64,000 nt of DNA. Origin: Mizuhopecten yessoensis. Lineage: Eukaryota. The notes under the pieces are model-generated. The model made no database searches, was not told the origin of the DNA, and saw nothing but the letters and a program-made list of their open reading frames with translations. Where the stretch lies: contig NW_018404097.1 in NCBI RefSeq assembly GCF_002113885.1, positions 1,422,950 through 1,486,949 on the forward strand, in the 5' to 3' direction. Of this stretch, positions 9,491 through 24,400 are shown in pieces (the first letter of the stretch is position 1; the number at the start of each line of letters is the position of its first letter). The translations under genes and the position numbers were made by a program.

Positions 9491-12400
9491 GTAATTGACC
9501 ATTTGTTTGATCTATTTTCCAGATTAATATTATATTACTCTGTATATCCTTTTCAGTACAATTCAAGAAATGTAATAAATGTACATTGAAGGTAAAAAAT
9601 TGACTGCATGTCTTTGCATTTACAAATAGATCTTTAATTGACTTTTATATCATACCTTTATCTGTCATGTGTGTGCATCTGACAGTGGTGTCATATATAT
9701 GCAAAGCAAAAAATTTGAGTCTGATACTCATCAGATTTGGATCTGATTCTTTATAAGGGATGTCCCTTGCATTTTGAGACAAAGGGACATTATCTAAATG
9801 CTTGATTGAGGCTCTTTAATTAGGAATTTCTTATTTAAAAATATTGTATGTATGTGATGGTGTAAGTGATGACTATATCTTTTTTCTCTGATCTGTTCGT
9901 GAAGTTTTATGAAATCAATGAAAACACTGGATATGGCACTTTATCAGATGACATCACAGTCATACCAGCAACTTGTACATATATATATAGGCAGCATTGT
10001 TTTTCTTCAAATGGTAAACATGTTAATTTCTTTTGATATGAGGATGAGATATTAGGATAGAATGTGTGCCTGCTGAAGATATGGAGATTGGGGGCGTTGG
10101 GTAGCATTAGGAGTTTAATTTATAAACCTGAGGATGCATGTTAGGCTTAACTTATATCAAAGTACACTATACATCCAGGCAGGGAATGAAGAGGTTAAAC
10201 ACTATGAATGTATAATTATAGTCCAGTATGTTCTTTTTCATTACATGCAAAATGCTGTGTCACACACTTTTGTATATATGTGATGTATAGTATGTATGTG
10301 CACAGTACTTACAATATACTTTATGTTGTGAATTGGAACATGAAATAGTGTGGTGTTGTTATTCATCAGAATGTTCTGCTGAATATTTCTTTAGTCGTAG
10401 ACTTGGCTGGAAAATGTTCCTTTGGTTGATGATTGGATCGCAGTAGATCAAAGACACTGATAACATCACACAGATTCGTGATTTATAGATGTTTGATGCT
10501 TAAGATAAGCAGATGCACTTCAAAAATATATCTTTGATTACTTACACGTAATTACATTTACAATCAATATTACGCAACACAAACCATCTGCATATAAACA
10601 CAACACAAATAACCATTTACATATAAACACAACACAAATAACCATCTACATATAAACACAACACTAATAACAATCTACATATAAACACAACATAAATAAC
10701 CATCTACATACAAACACAACACAAATAACAATCTACATATAAACACAACCCAAATAACCAACTACATATAAACACAACACAAGTAACCATCTACATATAA
10801 CACAACACAAATAACAATCTACATATAAACACAACACAAATAACCATCTACATATATCCAAAAATACACAAAGTACAAGTTAAGGTACCACACTTGGTTT
10901 TCAGTTTGCTTAATAAGTGATCATTGGTGTTAACTTTTATTTTATTTTCAAGTCAATTCATAGCACTACTCAAAAAGGATTTTTATGCTTACAAAATTTT
11001 AAAAACTCATTATTCCCCTACAATGACCTTTGGATGTTACTACCGTATATACATGTGTCTTGGATTTTGCTTGTATGTCTGTCTGTCAAAAAGACAATTT
11101 TGTCCATAAAAGCTTGTCCTATGCAACATTTTCCCCGACATTTCATAAGGTGAATGTTGTAACCACCATAATATGTGTATGTAGTTGAGTTTGGCCCGAC
11201 TCGTGGTAGTTGAGTATGGCCCGACTCGAGGTAGTTGGGTATGGCCCGACTCGTGGTAGTTGAGTATGGCCCAACTCGAGGTAGTTGAGTATGGCCCAAC
11301 TCGAGGTAGTTGAGTATGGCCCAACTCGAGGTAGTTGAGTATGGCCCAACTCGAGGTAGTTGAGTATGGCCCGACTCGTGGTAGTTGAGTATGGCCCAAC
11401 TTGAGGTAGTTGAGTATGGCCCGACTCGTGGTTGTTGGGTATGGCCCGACTCGTGATAGTTGGGTATGGCTTGATTTGAGGTAGTTGAGTATGGCGCGAT
11501 TCGTGGTTGTTGGGTATGGCCCGACTCGTGTGTATACCTGCAGACAGTGTATCAATCTCAGTATTTTTGACAGAGTTGTAGCCCTTTTTGTACTAAAGCA
11601 TTAATTGCATCGCGTTCAAAGAGCTTCTGTTTTGTAAGTTTTAATTTTCTTTGAAACTTGGTTTGGATTGAATGTCGTCATGTAGTTAAAATGTCTATTA
11701 TTCAAGCAAAATGGTCTCATGCATGATACTTCCAGGAAAGGCTACATATGAATGCTGAGGACCTGCACTAGCTTGAATGTCACAAGTCAGGTTGTACATT
11801 AATTGGTTCATCATTGAAATGCTGGTGTTTTAAAAGAGTTTTGGAATTATGTATTGATTATTCATGGAGACGTATATAAAACCATTGTTAAGGAAAAGGA
11901 AACATTAAATATCATTGGTTGTAGTTATATAGGGCAGCTCTGTACTTAATGTAGCAAATGACATATCATGATGATGAGGGGAATTACACTGATGCCATCA
12001 TTAAGTATACATAGTCACAGTGCGGATGACAAGTATACTGATACATAATACTAGTGCACATACTCATGATTATAATCTTAGTTTAAGTAATCAATGTAAT
12101 ACACAGTACAGTGTAAAGCCTTTAGAAATGAACAAAGTATTAAATTTTCATATGATATTATGAATGAATACTAATTACCATGCACTATATTCTTACCAAC
12201 CAATGACAGAATACAGTACTTGTGTATAAAATGTATGCCATTATAAAATCCCATTTCTGTACTTATGTGTATACATTTTGGGGACCTTGTCAATATATGG
12301 TCGTTATATTCCATTATGAACATAGATCATAATGTAAGCTAGGCCTATGTAAATTGTAATACGTTGGTTCAGAACATAGATCATAATGTAAGTTAGGCCT

Positions 12401-15400
12401 CTGTAAATTGTAATCCGTTGGTTAAGAACATAGATCATAATGAAAGTTAGGCCTATGTAAATTGTGATAAGTTGGTTAATAACATAGATCATAATGTAAG
12501 CTAGGCCTATGTAAAGTGTGATACGTTGGTTAAGAACATAAATCATAATGTAAGCTAGGCCTATGTAAAGTGTGATACGTTGGTTAAGAACATAGATCAT
12601 AATGCAAGCTAGGCCTATGTAAATTGTGATACGTTGGGTAAGAACATAGATCATAATGTAAGCTAGGCCTATGTAAATTGTGATACGCTGGACGTCTTCA
12701 CACCTACTAATGTAGGTATATGATCAATACTAGCTAGCTTTAATTGTGAAGGGATCCATTATTGATAAGATGGTAATGGAGTAGACTACTCAGCAGTGCC
12801 ATATTCAACAACAACACATAACAGTTTTTATATCAGCTTTAAGACCTTGAATGATCACAATGATCTTTACATGCAATAAATATTGTTCTTGACTTCATCC
12901 ATATCAGAGCGCAGCAATATATATGTACCATTGCATTATTACTAGTAAAGGGTATTTTGGTCTAGACCCTCTGATTCACTTCTAGAGCTTTCAGGTATCA
13001 TAAATATGCACAGATATATCAAGTAACCGGTAAAAGGAAAGTTTTCAGGTTGTCCAGAGATATTTTTTCACAAAATTTTAGCATCAAATTATATACCACT
13101 AGCACATATTACCACATACTAGAATAAATATACCACTAGCACATATCACGCAAACTCGCCTATTATACGCCAGTTGGAGTATGGATTTGTTACTAAAAAT
13201 AACCCAAATCGCTTTAACAGTAATTTTTGCAAGATATTATAAAAAAGCGCATTAATTTACGACAAGGTAAATAATATTTTGCTAAAAGATGTTTACTGAA
13301 AGTGCTGGCTACTTAGAAACTTGATGTAACTTTACCAGAAGTATTGCATCTATATTTGGTACTTTCCCACATGCAAATAAAGTTTATTTTTGCATTTGTA
13401 TTATGTTTCATGACTGAATAAATGCGACTTGGACAAACAATTTGAAAAAGTTAAGATTAAAGTGATTTTGGCTATTTTTAGTAACAAATCCATACCCCTA
13501 TTAGCGTATAATAGGTGAGTATGCATATGATACGCAAGTTAATGGGTTTCCCCGACCTGCATATTACCACATATACTAGAATAAATACACTAAAAAGAAT
13601 TAAATCAAGTATAAGATAATCTTGATTTTAAATAAATCTTGTAACAGTAGTATTGTGTATTTTTTGTATCCCAAAAATTGAGTCCACTACTAGCTCCTGG
13701 TTTATGTTAAAAATACTTGTGAATAAATTACACTAAATTGAAAACATACAGATCTGTGTACAAAAATTATTGATCTTATATGATAGGATCTACTCTGAAA
13801 TACGTTTAGAAATTAAAAAAAGATGGAGGACAAGTTGTATTGCACTGTACATGTGTTTACAGTTCTAGTTAACTGTATACTGAAAGTGGTGGTTTGTGAC
13901 TGAGCCATCGCACTACAAAGTCATAGCAACCAGTCTCTGGTGCCTTCTGATGGTAAACACATTAACTGTAGAATATATTACAGTGTTCACTGATCTGTTT
14001 CTATATATGTAGTTTTTAGGGTCTCCTGTGGAGCGAAGGTGTCAGGACATACAAAATATATGCGAGTCAATCCGCACATGCAGTAACTGGGGAAAAAAAT
14101 GCTTGATTCTCGTGGAACTTCCTATAAATACTTCTCCAACGCTAGCAGATGTCTTACATTATTGCATCAAAAGTGGTCTCCAATAAAAACAATTTCATAA
14201 TTCAGTCTCTTGAAGTAGCGTTTTGCTTTTTGGAAAAACTTCCATTATCCGTTAAATGTGATTTTGGGCAAGATCCAAAATTCAGAATATAAATTATTGC
14301 CAGTGCATGGTAATCTTGTTAATTGATATAATTTGCACCTAAATTTCCACGCAACAGTTTTGTAGATAGACTTTTAAAGGAGTACTATGATTTGAGTCAG
14401 ATCTGAAATTCAATATGGCTACCAGTAGCCATCTTGGAATTAAGCAACTGAAGGAATGCTATGATTGCACGAAACTTCCAGTAAATACTACAGTGTCAAT
14501 TCATCAGCGAAGCTTGTTTTTCCGTTTGGATTGCTATATAATATGGCTCCCAGTGCCCAATTTGAATTTCGTACAGGTAACTTTTCAGAGAATATCTTTT
14601 GAAGGCATATATAATCAGAATTGATGAAACTTTGTATACTCTCTGTCAGTAATTCCTTTCCTAAAGTTTGATATTCTGCCAAATTGGTGATTATGTATTG
14701 TTGGTGGTTTGTGGATGATACCTGTTGAAAGATTTAATAGAATGAGATGAAACTTTCCTTTATTCATAGATACAAGCTTTACTTATCTGGTTCCTCACTC
14801 AGGCTTGCATTAATGCCCAGACAAATTTCCATATATTTAATGAAGCTACGGTGATCTGCATGATCAACAGCGAATAAATTGTGTATTAGTTATTGCAGCC
14901 AGCCATTATTGTACCTTAGATAGTACAGGGGACATATTCACTTCCGTGGATTTCTGGTTTACCATTTGTAGCCATTATACTAGTTTGAATAACATAATTC
15001 TATGATATCATCTGAAAACTGTCAATGAGGAATACACCGTGTCATTTGTGTATTACCTCGGGTTAAATCACTCACTGTTACATTAAAATTATTATACTGG
15101 AAATATAAGACATTGTAACATCAATGAAAAGATTTATGAAAGCCATCTCAAAGTTTTCTTTTTAGCTGGGCAGCCTTGCTAATTACAAACACATATAATA
15201 CCTGTTTCATAATTCGTAATAATTCAAAATCCTTTATGTATGATATTTTTATTTGATAAAAACTTTTTTTAATCAGAGTTTCCTGTTGTGTTTTGACCTG
15301 ATTATGAGACTGTGTTATATACGGATGTCATGTGGTAGTTTATGATACCGAGTATCATTTGTTATATTAACTGTGATGTTAATCTAATGTCAATATGAAA

Positions 15401-18400
15401 TTGTTGTGGAATTTGATCATGAGTCAACAGTTTGTCCTAGTAATGACACTGATGTGTATGTGCGTAAGCGTATATAATTATATATAGTATATTGTGTGTG
15501 GGTATACCTAGTAAATGTGATGCATGCATGCTTCAGTGACGGTCACATATTTTACGCTGTCAACAGAATTCTTAGGTGTGTGAAGGATTATATTATTTTA
15601 GCCCAATCTCTGCAGTCATTTGAAGTTGAAGTTGTGAGTATGATGGGTATAGATCCACAGGTTAGAATGTCACATGAACACAGCATTATTTATACCAGAA
15701 CAGGAAATACAATCATTTAATCCAGATCAGGTCAGAATTGAATATACTTTTTTTCTTTATCATAAGTAAACAATTAAGTTGTCAACAACTGTTATAGTTG
15801 CTAGACAGCTTCAGTATGAGGGGACTTGTGGGCTGGAAGAAATAACAGTGAGTCAAGATCATCATGTTTGCATAATATATTACTATATTTATATATCCTA
15901 CCTATTTATAAGTAGAAGTGGGATATCTTATAAGATAAACATGAAGTGATTGTGCTGTAATGTAAGTAAGTATTGTACTGTGTGTAGTGTACCAGGTACA
16001 TGTGTACTTACCAGAGTACCAGTACTGCTATCTTCTGATATTGTAGTAAAACATTCTGGTAAGTTACATAATAATATGTATGTCAACAGGCTTCAGTCAC
16101 TGATCTCTGTAAGATTGATATACCTGGGAAGTTTGTATGTATGTATAATGAGGATTATATAGGACTGAATGGTAAAAGGTACAACTTCACCACATGTACA
16201 GAGTTCATAAATCTAAACAAATATCACATGATAATAGGTACCTCAGTCCTGTCCGGTACTTGTAGTATAACTTGCATAGAATGTTAATTGTACATTTGAC
16301 TTGGGTAAAAGTTTGCACAGTGTATATTTATATACAGCAAAGCTCTTATTCATTACTATTCAAATTGATGAAACGTGAGACTACCTGTTACCATGTATGT
16401 TTATAAGTTACTAAATCTGGTATAACATTTGCATATACCTGTAATATGCTTCAGAATGATATAGCTGATAACAATTTCTACTCTGTATATAAGTGTAGGT
16501 TTTAAGTCTGGGGTCCGGCCCCCACCAATCCCTCCCCCCTCAGGCCCTCTATCCCATCCTAAATCTGTAAAGCTCACCATTCATTGGTAGGTACGTATAC
16601 AGGCAATGTGATGTCATTGATTTCTTGTGATGTGACAAAGTATGGGATCATCAAAGTCTGTCTTTAACACAAGTTCAACATAGGTATCAACTGTGAGCAG
16701 TCCTGAACTCAGTGACAGGGAAAAGAATGTGGTTATCATCAAAATGGAGAGATCTAGATCTTCTAATTACTTCACACACACAAGATGAAGCTATTGAATT
16801 TAATTGAAAATATGTTAAGACCATTGATTTGGCTTTATTCAGTAAGGTTCTGATTGAAGTAGGGCTGCTATAAAAGATATCTTCCTAGTTTTATATACAA
16901 AATAAATATATAGATTTACGCTAGAGAGCTTACATATTTACCCGTGATATTAATGAAACCTGAGAGCCTGGGATTGAAATCAAATTGATTTTCTGACTCA
17001 TTTCCATGTGCATTAGAATTCAGGGATTCAGAGTAAACGACCTTTGTTATTGACTTGTATTGATATGTGATGGTAGATAGACTATAGACTGTAACACTTG
17101 ACCCCTATCAAAGGTCATACTTCCTACATCCTATAACTGACTTCAGTTTCCTTTTGTGAAATAAAGAAAGGGCAAGCCAATTAAATTTTGGTTCATCAGA
17201 ATTTCCTGTAAAACATGCAAAGTGGCAAAACATCGAAATCTTGTTAGTTTGTACCTGAAGCTTGCATACATTATGTATTTGTACCAATTACTATTGATCA
17301 CATTGTAGACGAGCAGGTCGGTCACTATGAAAATTCCACATTGGAAATGTCTGTACCACCACAGAGAATTTGTTATAATAGTTTTAAGGGTTTTGATCAA
17401 CTCTCTTAGTAAAAAAAATCAATAACAACAACAACAACAACCCCCTCCTCCTCCCTCAAGATGTCCAAAAATCAACCCCGCCCATCTTCCACACATCAAA
17501 ATCACATTTCTTGTGGATGTGGAAAAAACTATTGAAGTATGAACATGTAGCCAGGATGATGTAACAAAATTATCTTTTACACAAAAATTTTAGAAGTAGA
17601 GTTCCAGAAGAAGTACATAGCTTTATATGGAGTTTGCTGGGGGTCAAGAAGTATGGATACCTCATTCCCCTATCAGGGTAAAGAAAACACTACTTATGTC
17701 CATCTCAAGTCAGCAGTGTACTTGTACAGTCATATTGTATGGCTGGATGTTATACCTATCTCAAAATGTGTGAAAGGTTCATTTAAGGAAATTAAGTTGT
17801 TAAGAGATAAAGGTAACAATGCATTCTGCTTGTGATTAGCATCTTCTGTAGTCTGTGGTCAAATTATCACTGTTAACCTCCCTGGCTGCCAGAGGAAAAT
17901 AAAGACTATAAAGGGGAAAAGTTGACTTGTATAGTGTTATGCAAGTAGTACTACACCTCAAATTTTGGTAAACGTGTGGGAGGAGGGGGGTCTAGTTGAC
18001 AATGTACATACTGAATTGTATATACAATACACCTCAGTTGTATAAGGGAGGGGCAAGCCGGATTGTATATATTTTAGTGTTATAATCAATCTCAGCTCTT
18101 GTACCGGAGAGTGCTAGCTGAATTGTACATGTAAATAATGTTCTAGCTCCTGTATACTAAATTACTACAAATACAGTCACAGATGTACTTGACATAAGAG
18201 GTGGGTGATTCTGATACTGCAAACCACTCGTTACAGTAACACAGAGCTGTAGGATTTCCAGTGGTGAGACCCAGTTATTACTGGAATACAGATCCACACA
18301 TGCTGTTTACATGGGGACCCAACCTAGCTTTGCCATTGTTATTTATCTGTGGGAGGGTGACTCAGTTTTTCATTATGTTATCTGTCAGCAGGTTCAGATT

Positions 18401-21400
18401 ACTGAATCCTTCAGGTAAAATCCAGCTGTGACAAACAGTGTATTAAGTATGAAGCAAAAATGTGTCTCCTTTCTGTGACCCATATACAGGTTATGTTATA
18501 TGTGTTCAATGTAAAACAAAACAATGATGTGTACATGTACACCATTATCAAACATGTATGATTACGACAAAACCATAGCTAACAGGAATATATACATTTT
18601 TCTACCTAGTAGTGTTATCATCAGACACATTGACAAGGCTATTGTCATAATGAAATAATATTTCCTTGAACTTAAGTTTATACATTGTGTAACAATGAAA
18701 ATCAGTTTTTGATGAAAACAATTTTATTATCCTTTCATACAATTTACTTCATGCATCACCAAAATGCAAATTATGACACAATTTCTGCCATATCAGTATA
18801 CTGTTTTAACTCATTCACCCCTCGAGACACCTTTGAACTCTTCCAATTCAAAGGTTGGAATAGTTCATTATGAAATTTCAGATGTGAATGAGTTAATAAT
18901 TATTATTATACAATTAGTATACAATTTCTCAGAAAATATTTTGTTTTCTAAATACCTTGGTAAGCATTTATTTCATAGTTGTAGCTCCCATCAACAATTT
19001 ATCTCAACAAGTACCTGTATCTGGTATACCTAGACTTGACTGGTACCAGGTACACTCGGCTATAAAGCAATGAAGAGCCCTGTGAGAATCGTTTTATTAC
19101 ATGCTATATCATATCTCAGTCATCCTGTGTATTGCCTGTACCAGGGTGCACCAGTATTACTGTATAAACTGTTCCGTATTAAACCAGGTCAAACTTGTAC
19201 AGGTAAGATAAGATAACCTGTTGTTACGGCCACCTTATAGCTGTATCAATATTCATGAAGTGCTGACCTCAATGGCAAGTCACATGCAGATACTAGATGT
19301 CCATTATAATGGTACAATGGCCGTGAGGATGTGATAGGCCGAGTCTAATAAAGCTGGATTACCTTCTAGTAGAGTATCTAATTAATTCTGTACTGATTCG
19401 GCTTCGGAGCCTGAGCTGAAGGGGCAATCATCAAGTGGCTTAGGTGGGAATTGATTCCATTGCTATTTTTATCCCCATCCAGCAGTGATTGACCTAATGG
19501 AATGTCTTCTCCAGTGTGACAGTATTTTTTTCTGTTAGTTATTTCATGTCCGCAATATTTATTTTCCAAAAGATTTGTTAAAAACCTGACAAACTTGCTA
19601 CTTTACCAGTAATGAGAATGTAATATAAAATAATTGTAGTGGCTTTTGAGTGATAAATTGGACTCGTGATAACATGCATAGTCTCTTTTTTTCGATGGTA
19701 GATATGTTATTGTGAGTGACCTTGACCTTACTAACATAATGTAAGATTATATAGTAATGCTAGTGAAATTCAGGTAGAAATAAATTTATCTAGGTCAATA
19801 TTTTGATTAATCAAAGATAGAACTTTCTGTTTTACAGTAAATCAGAATCATATTTTTAAAGTAAAAATCTGGATTGATTTCATTTCTGCAATATAATAGT
19901 ACTTCTGAACCGGAGGTTTGAGCAAATTCTAAAAAAAGTCTTCCCAGAAGTAAAAAATGTATTACCTCGTATACTCTCTTGCAGATTTTTGTGATTTGTA
20001 ATTATTGTAATTCTGATGAAGTTTGCTTTTTGACTCCTGGGCTTGATTGCTTTAGGTGGCATGCAGACACTAGAGGTACTAAAATTAGCAAGGAAAGGCG
20101 ATAGCATTGAACCACTCAAAGTTGTTTCTCAACTTTCAACGTTATCTACTTAGATTGGCATTATAAGTAGTGAAGTACAGTAGTACAGCTATGGGAGTGA
20201 TTGAACACATCTATTGGTTTACTCCTAACTTAATTTGTATGGTAACATGTACAGAATAGTTATAGTAAGTTACCCTTACATTGGGGTGAGGAAAGACATC
20301 ACAAGTTCTGTCATTTGCGTATATGATACGATTTACATAGTTATTTGTATAAATGTAACAGTGACACAGACATCTAAGGATTTACTGGAATGTGGTAGTA
20401 TTCCCACTCGCACTCTGGTTAGTAACTTGACTGTTGGTTGCTGGGGTTATTGCCTTTCCTATATAGCTTTTGCTAACGTGGACGTATACCGTTTCTCGCT
20501 TAGTTCATGCACCAAATGTCCCTTGGGCAGCATATCAAAGATCGCTGAACAACATATACATATAAACTCCAATGAAATGGAGACTTGGCTCCGACATTTG
20601 TAACATTGTGTCATCTGTAAAGCTTGGTGTAATACTTCTGCCTCCTACGGCGATAAACTAAAAATAATCACTGATCTCACTATTTTGCACCGGAAAGTTA
20701 TGGCATGTATGCATAACACACCTTTGTCTTGTCATGAGCTTGAATTCAAATAGTCTTGATTATGTTAATGTGATTATTGACTTAATCTGATAAAGTGCCT
20801 GTATTTACAGTATTCCTGCCTGTCACAGTGTGTGCTTTGTGTTGTTACAGTGCATATGCATATTACAGAATGTGCTGTTGGGGGATGTTCTGTAATTAAT
20901 GTTGTGCTTCCTTACACATTGTACCAACAGGTTTTTGGAAGAGTTAATGCCCTTTAAAGATAGAACTATCCAATAACTCAAAATTACTTAAATGTTAAAG
21001 TGCATTCATTCATGATTTGCTTTTAACAATGTGTCATCATTTAATCTACTAGGTCCATTAGTGTGGCACTCTCCTAGAAAGGAGGCACGCATCACACAAT
21101 GAAGCAGCATATTACCTTAATTGAATAAAAACAAGTACATCTTATACTGCAGCGAGCTCCCCTAATGCTGAAGAGTCATTGTCTAGCATCTTCATTTTGT
21201 ACAGTCTATATATATATATAGTGTTAGTGATTTTTTACAGGTATAAAATTTGCTTGGTTTGAGTTTTGAGCCACACAGACGTTAATTATAACTGTGCAAT
21301 AGTCTGTATTAACACTCAATCAAAAGAAGAATTTTCTGAGCAGTCTGACAGAAATCTGAGAGACTGTGAAAAGGACATTATTAATATTATACAAATGGGT

Positions 21401-24400
21401 CATCAGCCATTTTCACACAGAGCCAGAGATGATGCCCGAGGCGTTATACTGAGTAGTCAGTAGGACATTTGATTGTTGTGGCTTTCCTCTGTTAACTATT
21501 CTGTACAGGTGGTCAGACAATATAACTACAGATAGAGGATTTTACCCACACAGACAGATCAATCATGTATTTTTATAAAGTTTTAAACACCAAGAATGAT
21601 ATCCTGTTTCGTCAGCTTGTTGTAAATTCAAAATTTTTTCTTGCTCACATATAGATGGACAAGATTTCAGAACTTATACTTTAGAAGTTTACCTGTTGAC
21701 ATCTATGCCTGTAGTTGTGATAACAAAGACAGCGTTATTATTTTATGAAGATGTATTTTGATACAGTGGAGTGTGGGATTGAGAATGGTTTGCCTGTTTT
21801 GTATAGTGGCTGTCTCGCTACAATCATTACCTGACTTCAGGAGCTGATCGGCACGGCCCACAGTTGTGTAACACCACCACTAATGAGACATTTAATGTCG
21901 CCTCCCTCTGTAATTACTGCAATCTGTTAAGCAGCTTACAGACTCTGTCATCTACTTAACAACTAAGGACCTGTACTGTGATATCAGAAACCCTTAAACA
22001 TGGCTCAGCTGGTTTATTTCTGCACTGACTATGGCTGCAGCAGCAGCTTTTATCAAGGTGGATTTGTCCAATATTTGCTCAACTGAACTGTGTTGAATCA
22101 TCAGGAATATTTTTATGGGATTTATGATATTAATCAAAAATGAAATGCTGTGAAAACTAAAAAAAATAATAGGTGTTACAAATGTACTCGAAATAGAATA
22201 GGTTAAAATAAACTATTGGAATACTGAAAAAATAGAAAATTTAAGGATAGATATTTGGCTGATATCCACATTGTAAGATGACAATGCTTGAAACAATGTG
22301 TCTGGTACATTAGACAACTGGCTGTGGTAATGTGCTGTACATGGTGCTTCATCATCTTTATCATCACTCTACAGGGAAAACAAACACATTCTTTTACTAT
22401 TGATTTTGAAGTCACATTCACAGACAAAACCAAGAAATAAAAAATAATGATGATAACATTTATCTGGGGAATATCATGGAATGTAATGGGTTTGAAAATA
22501 TTAGTTAGTATCGTTTTAGATTATAAAAGTTAAAAAACAATTGGTAAAAGTGAAGATTCATGTTTTGTGGAATGAAAGATAACAAAAAATCTTCAGTGTG
22601 ATATGAGAGTATATGGTTTCACTTTGTTGATACGAGACTTGAGGGTGAGTCACATAGGTCTTGCCTGGCCTGTGATGGGAAGATTTCACAGAGGTCTACA
22701 CTACAGAGGGTTGGGGGTTCATACGCTAGTCCCATATCACTGGAGACGGTTCACAGCTCTTACATTCCTGTGGCTATACACATAAAAAACCTGGTATATG
22801 TATATGGCTTTCAACTGAATTCTTTTAGTAAAAAGGCTTCAAAATTATGTTGAAGAAATGAAATCAATATTCAATTGTAGTATACCCATACACCAGATAT
22901 GTGTTTTAACCTTGCTCTGCCCTTCACTTTATACAGTACTCTCGAGTCTGATAAATATTCACTTTGCTCTGCTTGGATATGATATCCTTGCTTTTCTCCC
23001 TATGTCAGAGAATAAATTAGCTTCATACTACTTCTCTTTGTTCAGCTCTACCTATAACTTGAAATAGTACCCTAAACATTTGCAGAAAATGATCTTTGTG
23101 CAATTGGCAAACCAGAGATTAATATATCTTAGCACTCTAGTATATATTTAGGAATTATTGGTTTCTGCTTGATGCAATCTTTAAATATATAGTGCCCTGA
23201 AAAAAATCCATCTTGCTCCTTTTAGTGTAGCTTGAAGCAGGAACCATGTTCGGTAGGATTTATTTTAAGAGGTCATTGTGTTACGAGTTTCACAATATCT
23301 TGACATTGATATAATCCCACATGAAATATATCGGACCAAAAAAAACGAAAAAATGTCAAGGAAAACAAATGTCAATTGGAGAGAAAAAGGTTCTGTTTCA
23401 TTAATATTGAAAGCTTCATGCACCATCCAGCATATACATTCTAAACAGTTTCCAGGAAAGGTTCACAAACCCCGACTTTCATTTGAAGGTGGGGGATTCC
23501 CTCCCATGTCGACCTCTACCCTGCACTACAAGCACTCTATGATAAAATAACAAATTGTCACAGAAAAAAGATAATATCTTAGAAAATAATGAAAGCCCAT
23601 TGGATGCAAATTTAAATTATGAGGCCACAGGCAACATAAAGATGGACTCGCTCTTTCCTAGAAAGCTGTAGCCACACATTTAAATGTTGCTTTAGTGTGT
23701 CACATGTTGTAATTGGTCAATAGAATATGTCCTATTGTCGTGGCAATCAGAGATAGATTCCATCAAAAGGACATTTAAGTATTCTAGATCCGATTATCAG
23801 GCACCGAGACTATTCTGTAGGAGACAAATCTGTCTTAGATAAGATAATACGTTGACTTGAAAGAAGGAATTAGCATCCCCAAAACACAATGTCTCTCCTA
23901 CCAGTCTGGAGGTTTTCATTCCATTAGTTCTACCACAAATAATGCAGCAGCCTAGAGGTGATTTACTGGGAGTTAGATAAGCAGAGGAGAGAAAAGAAGA
24001 ATGTAATGGCTGGTTCCACGACTAGTATCCCAGTTCCAGGCTATCACGTTGTCTGCTTAAAAAAAAAACGTGCAGCTATAAATTCCAGCACACATCACTG
24101 ACAATTGAGAAACAGCAAGTCTTGCCTGAAGCATTGCTGGCTTCATTTGTGTTGTGTATGCGCTGTTCGTTAGGTGAACATATTATTTTATGTATCTGCA
24201 TCCTGTAATATTAGTGTTGGATAATGTCAGAACGCAAAATTGACAACACCATTAAGTCTGCCATCAGAAATCATTTCCTCCACATAATACTATTATGGGA
24301 ATATTTCAAACAATGCAATTTTCAGTCTGTTGTTGTTGACTGTTAATGGGACATATGACATATTTGGTATGGTGATCTAGTAGACTAAGTTGGTTCATGT